DNA of 64,000 bases from a virus (IMGVR_UViG_3300023175_000012:1-64000); one strand, 5' to 3'; shown: positions 38,001-48,800, numbered from the stretch's first letter. The notes: a model not told the origin generated them from the sequence alone. A program made the numbers and translations.

Positions 38001-39038
38001 AACGTCACCTAATAGATATTCTTGATCATCTACCCACTCACCTCTCCATCTTAGGCCAGTGTTTAGTCGTTGCCAATAGTTTGTATCAGTAGGTGTTTGA
38101 TCTTGGTGATCTGCTGTACAAATATATGTGTAGCCACCGTATCGAACAACTTCTCCTACTCTATAATCTTGAAGTGTACTGTCATCTTGCCAGTCACCTA
38201 AAAATCTAATACCTTGTGAGAATAGTTGCCAGTCTGTAGTTTCTACGACAGGATTTTTCTCGCTATGGTTAGTAAGTGCAATATATTGGTTGCCGCCGTA
38301 TCTAACAATATCACCTTTTTGATATTGTCTTAGTGCTTCCCAGTCTGATTCAAATTGGAATCCTCTAACAAATTGTTCCCAATTTGCACTATCTGTACTA
38401 AACAATGTTGAGCCAGTATGTTCAGTAGTACAAATCCAAAGAGCTGCACCATACTGAACTACGTCATTAACTTTATATCTAGTTCCAGATGTCCATGTAC
38501 TTTTGTATTCGATACCTGCATTAAATACGTCCCAACTTGCCTGGTCTGCTTCTAGCCCGTCGGCTTCAGTTGCAGCAGATGTATGATATGTATTACACAC
38601 ATAAGTTTGGCCGCCGTATTTTACTAGATCATTTATTAGGTACTTTGTATCTACGGTCCAGTCGCCTTTCCATGCTAAACCGTCAGCATAGACATCCCAA
38701 TTAGCAATATCAGCTTCTAGGCCAGCTGCTACTGTTGCTTGTGATGTGTGAACAACTTTACAAATGTATAATCTTGCACCATATTGTACAATATCTCCGT
38801 AAACATATCCGGTGCTTGTTGCCCACTCACCCTTCCATGTTTGACCGTCACTTACAAGATTCCATTTAGGTGGTACTATTTCAAAATCTGTAAAGAAATC
38901 AGTTGCACTTGTGTGGCCAATCACACAAATGTATACCTTACCTCCGAATCTTACAACATCGTCTTTGTAATATGTAGTGGCAGAAGACCATGCGTCTTTC
39001 CACACAAATCTTATTCTACCTAGTTTAAATTCTGCCAT
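32025..39038 (-). CDS. Giant (2337 aa) tail fibre/baseplate protein
   Basis: N-terminal tandem CBM5/12-like W...Y...D.V.YGG..Y.C...H repeats; beta-helix SPYVQNCT region; KCERDIGY helical repeats; YSxDGxTW propeller repeats; perfect TATAAATA promoter at 39059-39066. Confidence 0.8.
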   Translation of the reverse strand: MAEFKLGRIRFVWKDAWSSATTYYKDDVVRFGGKVYICVIGHTSATDFFTDFEIVPPKWNLVSDGQTWKGEWATSTGYVYGDIVQYGARLYICKVVHTSQATVAAGLEADIANWDVYADGLAWKGDWTVDTKYLINDLVKYGGQTYVCNTYHTSAATEADGLEADQASWDVFNAGIEYKSTWTSGTRYKVNDVVQYGAALWICTTEHTGSTLFSTDSANWEQFVRGFQFESDWEALRQYQKGDIVRYGGNQYIALTNHSEKNPVVETTDWQLFSQGIRFLGDWQDDSTLQDYRVGEVVRYGGYTYICTADHQDQTPTDTNYWQRLNTGLRWRGEWVDDQEYLLGDVVRFTDNSYVCVQGHFSEGDDFSTIQTQPGGGGAQNSRPDLDTTGTYWQVLSIGNEASVLTTKGDLVYYAAGGPARLPVGAEGQFLQVSNNQTPEWAYMGVADDVYYVATHGADTPAPTNGRSIDKPWKTIRYAAEQVERGAKNPQARRLLELNRYFIQREIVEWTDAQITGNISPFTTGFDYDSAKCERDMGYIIDAVIWDITHGGNVKSREAALSYINDTVGSPYLTQKAETVASINYGLEVIQAVLNQEAPAVNYQVNNGDNSTAIVAQYFDASLSSETVYTEISNLVKIITDAITAGNADNIPDRLIRNSLIKVATGKYYEVLPIIVPAECCIIGDELRSTNVFPRKSNNSTLTSAEDYLYSNTAIERVEAIIGDIVEGVAVTATTGNTQTQSTLYPLANNETGYVRQATEQLARLYRRRTDWALGRKEEAIATFTLADEMADPNAGYARNLLIANREFLKAELIGYITENYPDLKYSRTACKKDVGYLIDAVAYDLTYGGNWQTVNAGEAYYVGATSNLPAAQKAATLAAYGYLKGIMQTVGRNITVTPGTQSTVEQVVGDPGDAASATTIGDLLDDFINIVDNGTGSETIVYPSITGAAAGLQTDHSLLGSAAATIKTDTTNWITANFPNLTYDSAKCERDIGYLLDAARYDWCLGTTFASTVAAISYLRKPSAKVTGDQKEATLASYEYARNAARAEVSEAASLAQINNTFVTTNDIILGGSNEGSNRAAEDQDVYAGIQQLELNKEFIAKEAVAYVNDYYADSVTATTAATGALTVTSTGWLRQNRPIKFTGTAIGGLTLNQTYYVKNILSSTTFTISSTIGGTDVTVTDDSGAMDVEKDYDYNVTLCERDIRSIVDGMIWDLKYAPNYRRTYTGNINLTVPATYATRYASRYYVNSVIGSQEEDFYYLRNGTGIRLQTLEGLQGDMTAETAAGTSRVTAGAYASLDPGWGPDDDRCWITARSPYVQNCTTFGNAATGQRIDGALHNGGNDSIVSNDFTQVISDGIGAHILNNGRAELVSVFTYYSHIGYLAETGGRIRATNGNNSYGDYGSVAEGVDPDETPTTGIVDNKTQYNATIASAVTDQDTILTAEFTHAGNDYTEVTFNVFGPGSGESVIGDEFRDEALIQARVIDDQVDGDAGGSGYLTASNTAQSGNATSITLSATDGNLNTSYPGMKVLIVGGAGAGLYALIDTYDAGTKVATVIKESDGTAGWDHFVPGTPFVSPNASSTYEIEPAVSFSAPTRSTQNVVITSNIYEDFGFFETSQQVNNQGADTYAGTGSNATFNIDRVGAKYYVALNSAGSGYTRLETITVAGTSLGGTSPENDLVITLTSIGTSGEVIDFDFTGIGAKGKFVALSDDTSAATSGDVATWSNVTLPQQCDRFTTGLLNDGSSQYKSSAFVAVATGSSNAVLSEDLSTFSTSALPAGLDTSTGVDVQYGYLGAGSNRFVVIAQNDTDIAYSDNAGTSWTLSSAALPNTGFTSITNGAGKYVAVRTGSNQAAYSVDGITWTASTLPASSNWSKVVWGNGRFIAISNNSVNGAYSLDGITWYALTIGTEGAALPTDICYGQGMFMVTSADTNSVCYSDYGLIWSNLTVTANVSGYKLAAFGNINQEPAWLAIADGTTTQVASNKLGARARGRVNIANEKIFEVKLAEPGSGYGGTPPTITITDPNNIDDVVFQNRLGNGALGNPSFADRGTGFSAASMEVDGQTSNGNADFLQNGSFVAVRRLTERPVAGSNITFDSLPGQYFKLVTVVSFLGTNPGSHTAFLQLSPSMTIADAPADGDGVTSRIRYSQVRLTGHDFLDVGTGSFAETNYPGLPLQIPVQAQETYDVDGGRVFFTSTDQDGNFRVGDLFQIEQATGVANLNAEAFNIAGLQELTLGEVTLGGNSASISEFSTDPFFTANSDSVVPTQRAIKAYIEAQIGGGGAALNVNSVTAGDIFISSNIITTVSGELINITANMNFTGPVTGYPLAYQYFLR

Positions 39039-39088
39039 TTTTTAATGCTCCGTTATTGTATTTATACATTTTTTACTGTCCTATAAAA

Positions 39089-42000
39089 TTACTTCATACC
39101 ATCATCAAAATTACGAAGTAACATCATTTGTCCAACATATGAACCGCTTATTCCTACAGGATTGCCGTTAGCGTCTGTACCTTCCATATTAACAGGCACA
39201 CCAACTAATATTTGTGCATCTTGTATGTTGTCAAATTGATTGTCTGGTCCTCCTACATAAATCTGTCCCGCTGAGAATGCATTTAACTCTAGATCTGAAC
39301 CGCCAACGCTTAATCTATCTGCAAGGAATGTTGCAATAGCTCTCTGTGTTGGTACTACATTATTACTATCCTCAGCAAATGTTGGGTCTGTACTAAACTC
39401 TCTAACAACCGCGCCCGAACCACCTAGTCTTACACCACCTAGTGATAGTTCGCTAAGGCCATCTAGATCAAAGAACTCGGCACTAATTGTCACAACACCA
39501 GTAGCCTGTTGTACTGAAAATAGTTCACCAGCTCTAAAGTTACCGTCTTGGTCTGTACTTACGTAGAATATACGTCCGCCTCCGGTTTCGTATACTTCAT
39601 TTTCAGGCGCACTAACAAAGTAGTTGCCGCCTGCATATATTTCTGGGTAATTTGTTTCTAAGAAATTACCAGTACCAATGTCTAAGAAGTCATGTCCTGT
39701 AATTCTACATTGGCTAAAGTTTTCGTTAATTGTTACACTTGTATTATGAACTAGATCGTATTCGTTACGCATTCTAGGACTGATTTGGAATTGTACTAGT
39801 TTTGTTCCATTACCAGTGCCATCATCACCTAAATCTGTTGCAACAGCAACTCTAAAACTTTTTAGATCGTCTGGATTGTCTGTTGTATCGTCTGGAATAT
39901 TAGGGAACAACAACTGGCTACCAATAGTTGGTACTCTCGGTAAACCTGCAATTTTTATAATGTTAGTTTCTGGTATAAAGTCAGCATAGCCATCGCCTGT
40001 AATATCAACTCTTGTAGTGCTTGATCTGTAACCAATACCTCTGTTAGTCCAACTTGGTTGTGCAAGAACTCCATTACCTACTCTATTTTCCCACCCAATG
40101 CCTACAGTGTATGCATTATCTGTAATTGTAAATACTGGTGGGTTTTGAGGAGAATATCCACTACCGCAATCAAGAATCTTTATTGTTTGTATTAAGCCGC
40201 CACTACCTAGTTTTGCACGGACTTTTACTTTTGCACCTGTTTCTACTTTTGCAATGCCTCCTATTGCGGTGTTTTTAGTTCCTATAATCCAACTACCTAC
40301 GTTATTAACAACACCAAAGCCTAGTCCAAAGTAAGTTTTAGACGCTGCAAGAGTTCTGCCTGTCCACAGTATTCCGTCTTCAGTAGTTGCCGCAAAATTT
40401 GTGTTATTACCGTCTATATCGCCGCCAACAATTTGATTGTTTGCATCACATATAGCAAAGAACACACCTTCTGCAAACTTCATATCATTCCAACGCATAG
40501 TTGTTGATCCGTCCTGTGTTGGAGCATCTGCTCCTTGTGTCCAAGTTGAACCATCAAAACTATAGTAAGTTTCGCCTGTTTCTAGTAGTGCAAGATATCT
40601 ATTATTACCGTATGCTAACCCTGCAACCTGTAAATTAGGTGTTGCTGGGAACCCAGTATCAAATGTCCATGTAGTTCCATCTGTACTATGACCTACTACA
40701 CCGTCGTTACCTGCTACAGCAACAAACTTACCTTTACCGTATGTAAGTCCTTGCCATTCTGCTGATGCACTGTCACCAACAGCATCGTTAGGCATGTTAC
40801 TAGATGTCCATGTTATACCATCTGCTGATTGAATAACATTTGTAGAGTTTTCAGCAATAACAACAAATCTACCTTCTCCAAAAGTAATGTCAATCCAATC
40901 TTCCACAAAAGGTAATGTTACAGAATTCCAATTTACTCCATCTAAACTATATGCAGCTTCATCAGTACCTTTAGCAATAGCAACAAATCTATTTGCACCT
41001 GCAGCTACTTTGATCCAATCAATGGCTGTAGAGTTTGGCAATAATACTTCATTCCAACCTTGTCCTGTATCACTTTCTAACACAAAATTTGGTTTTGCGA
41101 TAGCAACAAACTTACCACTACGTCCTGTACCTGTTACAACTACACTTGTAATCGAGTTTGAACTATCGTCAGTTACACCACTCACTTTAATATGACAGTC
41201 ATTAGTAACATCATCGCCGCCTAATACACTACCTAAAATTGTAATAGAATCACCAATAGCGTATCCTAAACCACCATCTGCAATAGTTACTTCATAGACA
41301 AGTCCGTTTTTAGTAATATCAAATCTTGCATTAGCAGGAGCAAGACCATCTTGCGTTATAACGTCACCTGTTCCTGGTTGTCCTTCAATGTCTGTAAATT
41401 CAAAAGTTGTATTACTAAATGCAACATCTATAATATCTCTACCACTTGCAATGTTATAGTTGTTTGCTGCATATGACGGTGCCGATGATACTATGCGTGG
41501 TTCAATTTGATATCTAGTATTTGAGCTCAGTGTTGTTTCAATTGTAGTACCAGGAAGTAAATGATCCCACCCTGGTTGACCTGTGCTTTCTTTGTTTATA
41601 GAAGCAATTTGATTAAGTTCGTTATAGGCAGATACATAACCATATTGTCCTGTACCATCACCTGAAATAATATAAAGTGCTTGTCCTACAATTTCTTCTT
41701 CAGTAATTGTTTCGTTGACGTTTAAGGTAATACTTGTACTATCTCCAATAGTTGCTTGGTTTTGAATATTTGTATATCCTACTCCGCCTATTGCTCCGCT
41801 GTCTGCAGGATTAACAATTCTTGATTGGAATAATGCACCGTGTCTAATATCTTCGTGTAATGCTTCAGCATTTGCTCCTGCACCTGTTATAGTGCTTGTA
41901 GCTGTGGTATAATTTTCGCCTGCATTTGCATATTCATAAATTAGGATTTCATCACCAAACGCTCCTGCAAACACCCCGTCTACCGTTGCTTCATTATCTC

Positions 42001-45000
42001 TGTTGAACACTGATGCTGTAATAGGTACTTCGTTAGGATCAATGCCGTCTGCAATACTACCGTATTTTCCGTATGAGTTGTTACCGTTTGTTGCACGAAT
42101 AACTCCTCCACGTTCTGCTAAATATCCAACTTGGTTATAGTATGTAAACACTGACACAAGCTCTGCTCTACCATTGTCTGAAATCCATGCACCAATACCA
42201 TCACTTAACACTTGTGTATAGTCGTTTGCTGTCATAGACTTGTTACCACCGTTATGTAATAATCCATCTACACGCATACCTGTACATGCTGTACCAATAG
42301 TTGTTACACCTTGTATGTAAGGTGATCTACGTTTAATCCATGTTCTATCATCTGCTGTTCCCCAACCTGGATCAAGTGCTGTAAAGGCACCCGATGTTGG
42401 TCTTTGGTATAAGTCGTAAACACCTGGTGGGTTTAGTGCTCCATCTAGTCCTTCAACAGTACATTGACGTAAGCCAGTTGTATCTCTCATTCTAAATAAA
42501 TCACTTAGATTACTACCTGTAATTGCATTGGCATATCTTTCAGCTGATAGTATTGATTTGTAAGTTCCTTCGTACCTTAAATCATAGCAGATAGCTTTAA
42601 AGAAGTGTATAAAATCTTCTGCTATTCTATTCATTCTAAATTGTTTAGTTGGATAGTTTTCACGCACCCATGCTTCAACTTGTTGAGAAAGATAACTTTG
42701 TAAACTTTCTAGTTTAGAAGCTGTTTGACGTCTAACACTGTTTGATGTAAGGGTGTTTGTTCCTGTCATAATAGGATCAACAGCACCGCTTTCTGCGTTA
42801 AATTCAACTTTATCTTTAATTACATCAATAAGAGTAATTGCTAAGTTAACTTCACTTAATCCTAAAGTTAAGGTAGTCTTAGGTTGTGTAAGTGTATTTC
42901 CAGGAAGTGGTGGAACGTCAACATTGCTAAACAAGTTAAGTAAAATACTTGTTACATAATCCCATGCAGCATTAAATTCTTCTGTTTCATTTTGATATTC
43001 GTCTAATCTCGGATTTGCAACAATAGTTACAGATCTAAGTTCGTCGCCCATTACCGCTGTACCTGCTGGTACGCTAATTGGGCCTATTTCTGTGTACCTT
43101 CCTGTATCAACTTTAATTTTTACAGGTGTTAATGCTGGAAATGTTTCTTCTACAAATTCACAAGCATATCTCACGGACCTAAATGGTCTATTTGGATCTC
43201 GTCCATATCCTTCTGTGTCCATGCCATGATGCCCAACATAAATTTCTTGCGCTGTTCTTAGATAATTTTTCCAAAATACAGTGTCGTCATCGTTAACTGA
43301 TAACAGTTGTCTTTCTTCGCCTATAGCTACTCCTGCAGGGCCAATAGTACTACCGTCGCCAACGTTTGTTCTACTTAAATTATAAGTTAGTAGATCGCCT
43401 TGGGCTGACAAACCTGACGGTTGTCCTGCTTCAACTAATGTATCCCAATAAAAGTATCCGCTACCGTTATCTCCAGGAAAGTTATCATTTGTACTAACGT
43501 GTGCTTCGTTACAAACATAAGCACTACCAAAGTGGTAAACAACTTCACCAACAAAATATGTACGTCCTGTAATCCATGCTTCGCCCCAAGTTTTACTTGG
43601 AACAAGTAATTGCCATTTTTCTGTTTGCAGATAATCAGATGTACTTCCGTCAACTTCTACTTTACCTATAGAAACTAGAGCCATGTATAGTTCGCCGCCT
43701 CGTTGAACTATGTCGCCTGGATTATATTCTGCGCCGTCTACCCATTCACCTCTAAAGTTGTAACCATATTGAAGTTCTACCCAACTTGATGTACTGTCTT
43801 GTGACTGGGCGGGTTGATCATCTCTATTGTATTTGGTTGCAAAATATAAGTAACCACCATATCGTACAACATCGCCTGCTTGATATTCTGCTGTGTCACT
43901 CCATTCTGACTCATATTGAAAGCCTGGTAATTCTATAGCAAATTTAGTAGTATCTAATTGATCTGCAAGATTGCCGTCACCATCTAAAAATCCTTGAGAA
44001 GCAGATTGGTGTGTTTCTGTACATCTCCATATACTACCGCCATATAATACTAAATCGTTTTTTCTATATAGAGTGTCTCTTGCCCATGCACCTACATATT
44101 CAATTCCGCTGTGGTAAACTTCCCATGAAACATCTGCAGATGTTTCAGTAGCAAGGGACGCACCCATTCCTGCATGATATCTACAATAGTAATAAAGTGT
44201 TTCTGGTGCGGTATATGGTACAGTAAATCTTACCTGTCTAGTTGTTGCTTGTGCAAAATTTGAAACATATACTTGCTGTGTAACTTCGTTACCGTTAAGA
44301 AAATATGTTACACCGTCTGCATAAGGAACTCCGCTATTCCAAAGCCCATCATCAGTAATACTTAATAATAATGGATGTGGATTCTGTACTGGATCGCCGT
44401 TCTGGTCAAAGCCGCCGCCAAAATATAAATTTGTATCATCGCTACCGTCTTGAGGAGCACTTTGATCAAATACATATGTTTTGCCAAATGCAAACGTTAA
44501 TTCTGCTTGAGGAATACCATTTAATGTATAAATGTTTGCTGTGTCTTCTGCATTTCTTACTACAGCAACTTGAATATTTGAAGGTGTAGTAACTAAGTTA
44601 TCTTCTAAAAACAATCCCGATACATGAGGAACTATACACTTGTATACGATGCCATTATATTTTACTAATGCACCTGTACCATAATCAGTTGCTGTTTCCC
44701 AATTAGTAGTATATTTTACTGACTCTGCAAGCAGGGCCCAGTCGTCTTTGTTTACATAAAATTCTGTTGAATCATGTTCGTTTAGACATACCCAAAGTGA
44801 TCCGTCTTTTAATACAATATCACTAATTGCATATGTAGTCGCTGTTGCCCACGCACCTTTAAAAGATCTACCATCTGTCATTAATCTCCACTTAGGGGCT
44901 GCTTGTGGTGGATTACTTCCAGGCAATGTAGCAAGTAAGTCGGTTTTAAATTTAGTATCAGCTGTATGTCCTTCTAAACACACATATGTTTTACCGCCAA

Positions 45001-45091
45001 CTCTTACAATGTCATCACGTTTGTATACTGTGGCTGCGATCCATTCACCTTTCCATGTATACTTAAAACGTTCTAGTTTAAATTCTGCCAT
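39089..45091 (-). CDS. Giant (2000 aa) tail fibre/baseplate protein, paralogue of 32025-39038, with an inserted cupredoxin-like domain
   Basis: Same MAEFKL.R...WK N-terminus and GHDFLD.GTG / TDQDGNFR.G C-terminus; NPHPL...YYYCRYHAGMG insertion. Confidence 0.8.
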   Translation of the reverse strand: MAEFKLERFKYTWKGEWIAATVYKRDDIVRVGGKTYVCLEGHTADTKFKTDLLATLPGSNPPQAAPKWRLMTDGRSFKGAWATATTYAISDIVLKDGSLWVCLNEHDSTEFYVNKDDWALLAESVKYTTNWETATDYGTGALVKYNGIVYKCIVPHVSGLFLEDNLVTTPSNIQVAVVRNAEDTANIYTLNGIPQAELTFAFGKTYVFDQSAPQDGSDDTNLYFGGGFDQNGDPVQNPHPLLLSITDDGLWNSGVPYADGVTYFLNGNEVTQQVYVSNFAQATTRQVRFTVPYTAPETLYYYCRYHAGMGASLATETSADVSWEVYHSGIEYVGAWARDTLYRKNDLVLYGGSIWRCTETHQSASQGFLDGDGNLADQLDTTKFAIELPGFQYESEWSDTAEYQAGDVVRYGGYLYFATKYNRDDQPAQSQDSTSSWVELQYGYNFRGEWVDGAEYNPGDIVQRGGELYMALVSIGKVEVDGSTSDYLQTEKWQLLVPSKTWGEAWITGRTYFVGEVVYHFGSAYVCNEAHVSTNDNFPGDNGSGYFYWDTLVEAGQPSGLSAQGDLLTYNLSRTNVGDGSTIGPAGVAIGEERQLLSVNDDDTVFWKNYLRTAQEIYVGHHGMDTEGYGRDPNRPFRSVRYACEFVEETFPALTPVKIKVDTGRYTEIGPISVPAGTAVMGDELRSVTIVANPRLDEYQNETEEFNAAWDYVTSILLNLFSNVDVPPLPGNTLTQPKTTLTLGLSEVNLAITLIDVIKDKVEFNAESGAVDPIMTGTNTLTSNSVRRQTASKLESLQSYLSQQVEAWVRENYPTKQFRMNRIAEDFIHFFKAICYDLRYEGTYKSILSAERYANAITGSNLSDLFRMRDTTGLRQCTVEGLDGALNPPGVYDLYQRPTSGAFTALDPGWGTADDRTWIKRRSPYIQGVTTIGTACTGMRVDGLLHNGGNKSMTANDYTQVLSDGIGAWISDNGRAELVSVFTYYNQVGYLAERGGVIRATNGNNSYGKYGSIADGIDPNEVPITASVFNRDNEATVDGVFAGAFGDEILIYEYANAGENYTTATSTITGAGANAEALHEDIRHGALFQSRIVNPADSGAIGGVGYTNIQNQATIGDSTSITLNVNETITEEEIVGQALYIISGDGTGQYGYVSAYNELNQIASINKESTGQPGWDHLLPGTTIETTLSSNTRYQIEPRIVSSAPSYAANNYNIASGRDIIDVAFSNTTFEFTDIEGQPGTGDVITQDGLAPANARFDITKNGLVYEVTIADGGLGYAIGDSITILGSVLGGDDVTNDCHIKVSGVTDDSSNSITSVVVTGTGRSGKFVAIAKPNFVLESDTGQGWNEVLLPNSTAIDWIKVAAGANRFVAIAKGTDEAAYSLDGVNWNSVTLPFVEDWIDITFGEGRFVVIAENSTNVIQSADGITWTSSNMPNDAVGDSASAEWQGLTYGKGKFVAVAGNDGVVGHSTDGTTWTFDTGFPATPNLQVAGLAYGNNRYLALLETGETYYSFDGSTWTQGADAPTQDGSTTMRWNDMKFAEGVFFAICDANNQIVGGDIDGNNTNFAATTEDGILWTGRTLAASKTYFGLGFGVVNNVGSWIIGTKNTAIGGIAKVETGAKVKVRAKLGSGGLIQTIKILDCGSGYSPQNPPVFTITDNAYTVGIGWENRVGNGVLAQPSWTNRGIGYRSSTTRVDITGDGYADFIPETNIIKIAGLPRVPTIGSQLLFPNIPDDTTDNPDDLKSFRVAVATDLGDDGTGNGTKLVQFQISPRMRNEYDLVHNTSVTINENFSQCRITGHDFLDIGTGNFLETNYPEIYAGGNYFVSAPENEVYETGGGRIFYVSTDQDGNFRAGELFSVQQATGVVTISAEFFDLDGLSELSLGGVRLGGSGAVVREFSTDPTFAEDSNNVVPTQRAIATFLADRLSVGGSDLELNAFSAGQIYVGGPDNQFDNIQDAQILVGVPVNMEGTDANGNPVGISGSYVGQMMLLRNFDDGMK

Positions 45092-45101
45092 TTATTTTCC
45101 C

Positions 45102-45545
45102 CTAGTATCCTGGTCCTGGTCCGCCTGTTTCACCAGGAAGCAATACCGCATTATCTACACCTTCACCGTATGCTGGTGAACTAATATTATCTTCGAATGT
45201 TACTTTTTCACTAACTGATTGTACAAAATGTCCTGTGCCTGCTTCAATATAATATGTTAAACTTCTACCGTCCCAACGTAGTTGAGGGTAACGCAAGTTA
45301 GGATAAACAATATCTTTATTTTCATCAATACCATCTAAGTAATCAATACCTTCTTCAAAATCTAAAAAGTTTTCTTCTGATATACCTAAATCGTTAATTG
45401 TAACACTGTTTGAGTCTCCGCCTGCAAGTTGATCAACTCTAACTAAAAATAATTCACCATCATCATTCCTACGTAAACCGTAAAAATATCTTTTGATAAA
45501 TCCGTTTTGTACGTCTGTTGGATTACTTCCTATATAATGACTCAT
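45102..45545 (-). CDS. Hypothetical virion-associated protein (147 aa)
   Basis: Coupled ORF in the fibre operon. Confidence 0.65.
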   Translation of the reverse strand: MSHYIGSNPTDVQNGFIKRYFYGLRRNDDGELFLVRVDQLAGGDSNSVTINDLGISEENFLDFEEGIDYLDGIDENKDIVYPNLRYPQLRWDGRSLTYYIEAGTGHFVQSVSEKVTFEDNISSPAYGEGVDNAVLLPGETGGPGPGY

Positions 45546-45874
45546 TATACTATCTCCACATAACTTGCTATAGCGTCTACAGCATCATCTGTACTTGCTA
45601 CTACTTGGACAATATTATCAGGTGCAACTATTAATTTTTCGCCTGTTGCAACAACTCGCAAACTAGTATTTGCTGGTAGCAACGTATCTTTAATATAATG
45701 TCCAGTTACACTTGTATCGTCTTTCATTAACACACTTACATAAACAAAACTATCAGTAAGATTTGTTAAACTTAACCCGATAACAGTGGCTCTAGTTGCC
45801 GAGTTAGTTTCAATAATGTCTATAGGTTGTGTGCCTACATTGTTAATAACTTTATTTTTAAATATCGTTGCCAT
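45545..45874 (-). CDS. Small beta-rich virion protein (paralogue family)
   Basis: IGLSLTN...GEKLIVAPDNIVQV. Confidence 0.65.
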   Translation of the reverse strand: MATIFKNKVINNVGTQPIDIIETNSATRATVIGLSLTNLTDSFVYVSVLMKDDTSVTGHYIKDTLLPANTSLRVVATGEKLIVAPDNIVQVVASTDDAVDAIASYVEIV

Positions 45875-45877
45875 TTA

Positions 45878-48800
45878 TTATCCTAAGTATAAAACTGTTT
45901 CAATTGCTAAGTCTGCTGCATCTGATGGATTAATACCAGATCCTGCACCAGCTGAAGAGGCCCAGTTTACTCCGTCGAATATTTCAACCCTGTCGTCTTC
46001 AGTGTTAAACCTGGCCATGCCTATTTCTCTATAAGCAACCGCAGGTCTTTCTGCACTAGTACCACTTGGTATTACAAGTCCACCTGTTCCACTAAACTTA
46101 ACATATCCGTTATTAGTGTTTTCAAAAAGAGTAATACTATTCGATACTGTATTTATAATCCTATTGTCTTCGAAGGCAAAGTTTTCTATTACTACTCTAC
46201 CAGTACCTGCGGCACTTAACACCAAGTCTTGATCAGTAGTAAGTGTGCTGATTGTGTTTTGCTCTATTTGTACATCATCTACTTCAAATCTATCTGCATA
46301 GAATCTATTTGAATCGATATTAGCTCTAACTGTATTATCTGTGTAGAATCTAATAATATTATCATTTTGGCCTTCAACAAGTTCTGCTGTAACTTTTGTG
46401 TTACCGTCTAAATCTTCAACACCTTGTAATATAATCCAATTAGTTCCGTTATATCCTTCGTATCTACTTAAATCTTGATTATAACGAATTTGTCCTACTT
46501 GTGGACTTGAAGGTCTTTGTAATGTTGTACCAACTGGAACATTTATAGCACCAGTACCAGCAAACTTTGTATAACCAGTAGCAGGGCTAATTGTCATATC
46601 ATCTGTTGTTGTAGATATTGTGCTTTCGTTGATGGTAAAGTTTTCTGCAATAATACCACCAGTGCCATTTGCACGTAGTTCTAAATTACTGTTACTTAAA
46701 GTTGTAGTAATAAAGTTATCATCAATTAATATATCACCTGTTGTAAAACTGTCAGCTTCGATAATACCTGTCGCTGTTAAGTTTCCAACAGTTAGTGTGC
46801 CTCCTACAACAAAATCATTTGTTACTTGTAAGTCATTGTTTGGAAATAATATATCTCCAGTACCGGATGTTTTAATTTCAATATCAGCATTTGATTGTGT
46901 GCCTATTATTGAATTTCCTGCAAGTCTAATACCTTCAAAATCGGCATCTCCTGTTACAGTTAAGTTTCCTGTAACATCTGTTGTACCAGTTTGTGTAAAG
47001 TTTCCAGTTTGTACTGTTGTACCTGTATGTGTAACATCTCCGTTAATAGTTACATCACTGTTTAAAGTAGTGTTTCCGCTTACTGTAAGGTCTTGTGTTG
47101 CTTGCAAACTGTCCTGGACTACTACTATGCCAGTTCCATTAGCCCTAAGCTCTAGGTCGCTGTTAGACGTTGTAGTTGTGATAAAATTATCATCAATTAG
47201 TATATCACCAGTAGTAAAGTTATTTGCTTCAATTGTTCCTGTGCTTTGAATATCACCAACTGTGAGTTGTCCAACAACAGTTAAATCACCAGTAACATTT
47301 ACGTTTGCACTTGGAATTAATACGCTACCAGTACCTGATGTTTTAAATTCTAAATCACTATTGCTAAGTGTAGTTTGTATAACATTGCCTGTAATTTGAA
47401 TATTTTCAAATTGAGAGTCACCTGATACAACTAAATTACCTGTATAATTTGCATTACCTGTTTGTGTGTAATCGCCAACTTGAACAGTATCCCCTGTATG
47501 ATTAAACGCACCATTTATGGTTGTATTAGATAATGTTGCACTACCGTCAACATTTAAATTATTATCAATTTGTACGTCATTATTAGGAATAAGAACTTCA
47601 CCAGTTCCATTAGCTCGTAATTCTAAATCGCTATTACTTAATGTAGTAGTGATAAAATTATCGTCAATTAAAATATCACCAGTTGAATAACTATTTGCTG
47701 TAATTGTACCTGAGCTGTTTATGTTATTAACAGTAAATGTTCCGTTAACATCAAGATCATTTGTAATAACAACATCATTATTAGGAACAATAACTTGTCC
47801 TGTGCCGTTTGCACTTAATTCTAAATCAGCATTTGAGCTAGTTGTTGTTATAAAATTATCATCAATTAATATTTCTTCTAATTGAAGAGTTTGATTTACA
47901 ACAACCTTGTCAAGTGTGCTTGTACCAATAACTTGAATATCACCGGTATGTGTTACATTTCCTTGTACTTGTAATGTTCCATTTACGGTTGTATCAGATA
48001 ATGTTGTTAATCCTTCAACAGTTACAGCATTTTGAAATGTTACATCATTATTAGGAACAATTATTTCGCCAGTGCCGTTTGCACGTAATTCTAAATTGCT
48101 ATTACTCTGTGTCGTTGTAATAAAGTTGTCGTCAATTAAAATATCACCAGTACTAAATCTATTTGCTGTTATGGTTCCTGAACTGTTAATATCATTAACT
48201 GTTAGTGTGCCTTGTACATCTAAATCATTTGTAATTTCAACATTTGCATTTGGTATTAAAACAATACCAGTTCCACTAGCACGTAGTTCTAAATTTGTAT
48301 TAGAAGTTGTTGTAGTAATGAAATTGTCGTCAATTAATATTTCTTCGAACTGTGCTGCACCCGAAACATCTAAATCTTGTGTAACTGTTACACTTCCTGT
48401 AATAGTTGCATCACCTGTTTGGTTTAAATCACCTGTAAGTGTAAATGTACCATTTACTGTAGTATCTTGTAGATCAGTTGTACCGCTTACAGTCAGGTTA
48501 TTATTAATTTGTACATTATTATCTGGAATTAATATTTCACCGGTTCCACTAGCACGTAGTTCTAAATCACTATTACTGTTTGTTGTAGTAATAAAATTAT
48601 CTTCTATTAGAATATTGCCATTACTAATTTCACCAGCAATATTAAAATTACCAGTCTGTGTAGTATCGCCAGTATGTGTTATTGTTCCTGTAATTTGAGT
48701 ATTCTGTAAACTGGTTGCTCCATTTACAGTTAGATTTTGCTGTATAACAACATCACTACTGTTGATTTTTACATCACCTGTGCCTGCAGCATCAATAAAC

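Noticed and set aside
29859-45104. Stop-codon reassignment (TAG recoding, as in some large phages)
   Set aside because: Genes are intact under code 11, and TAG ends genes at 29859 and 45102 just before the next start
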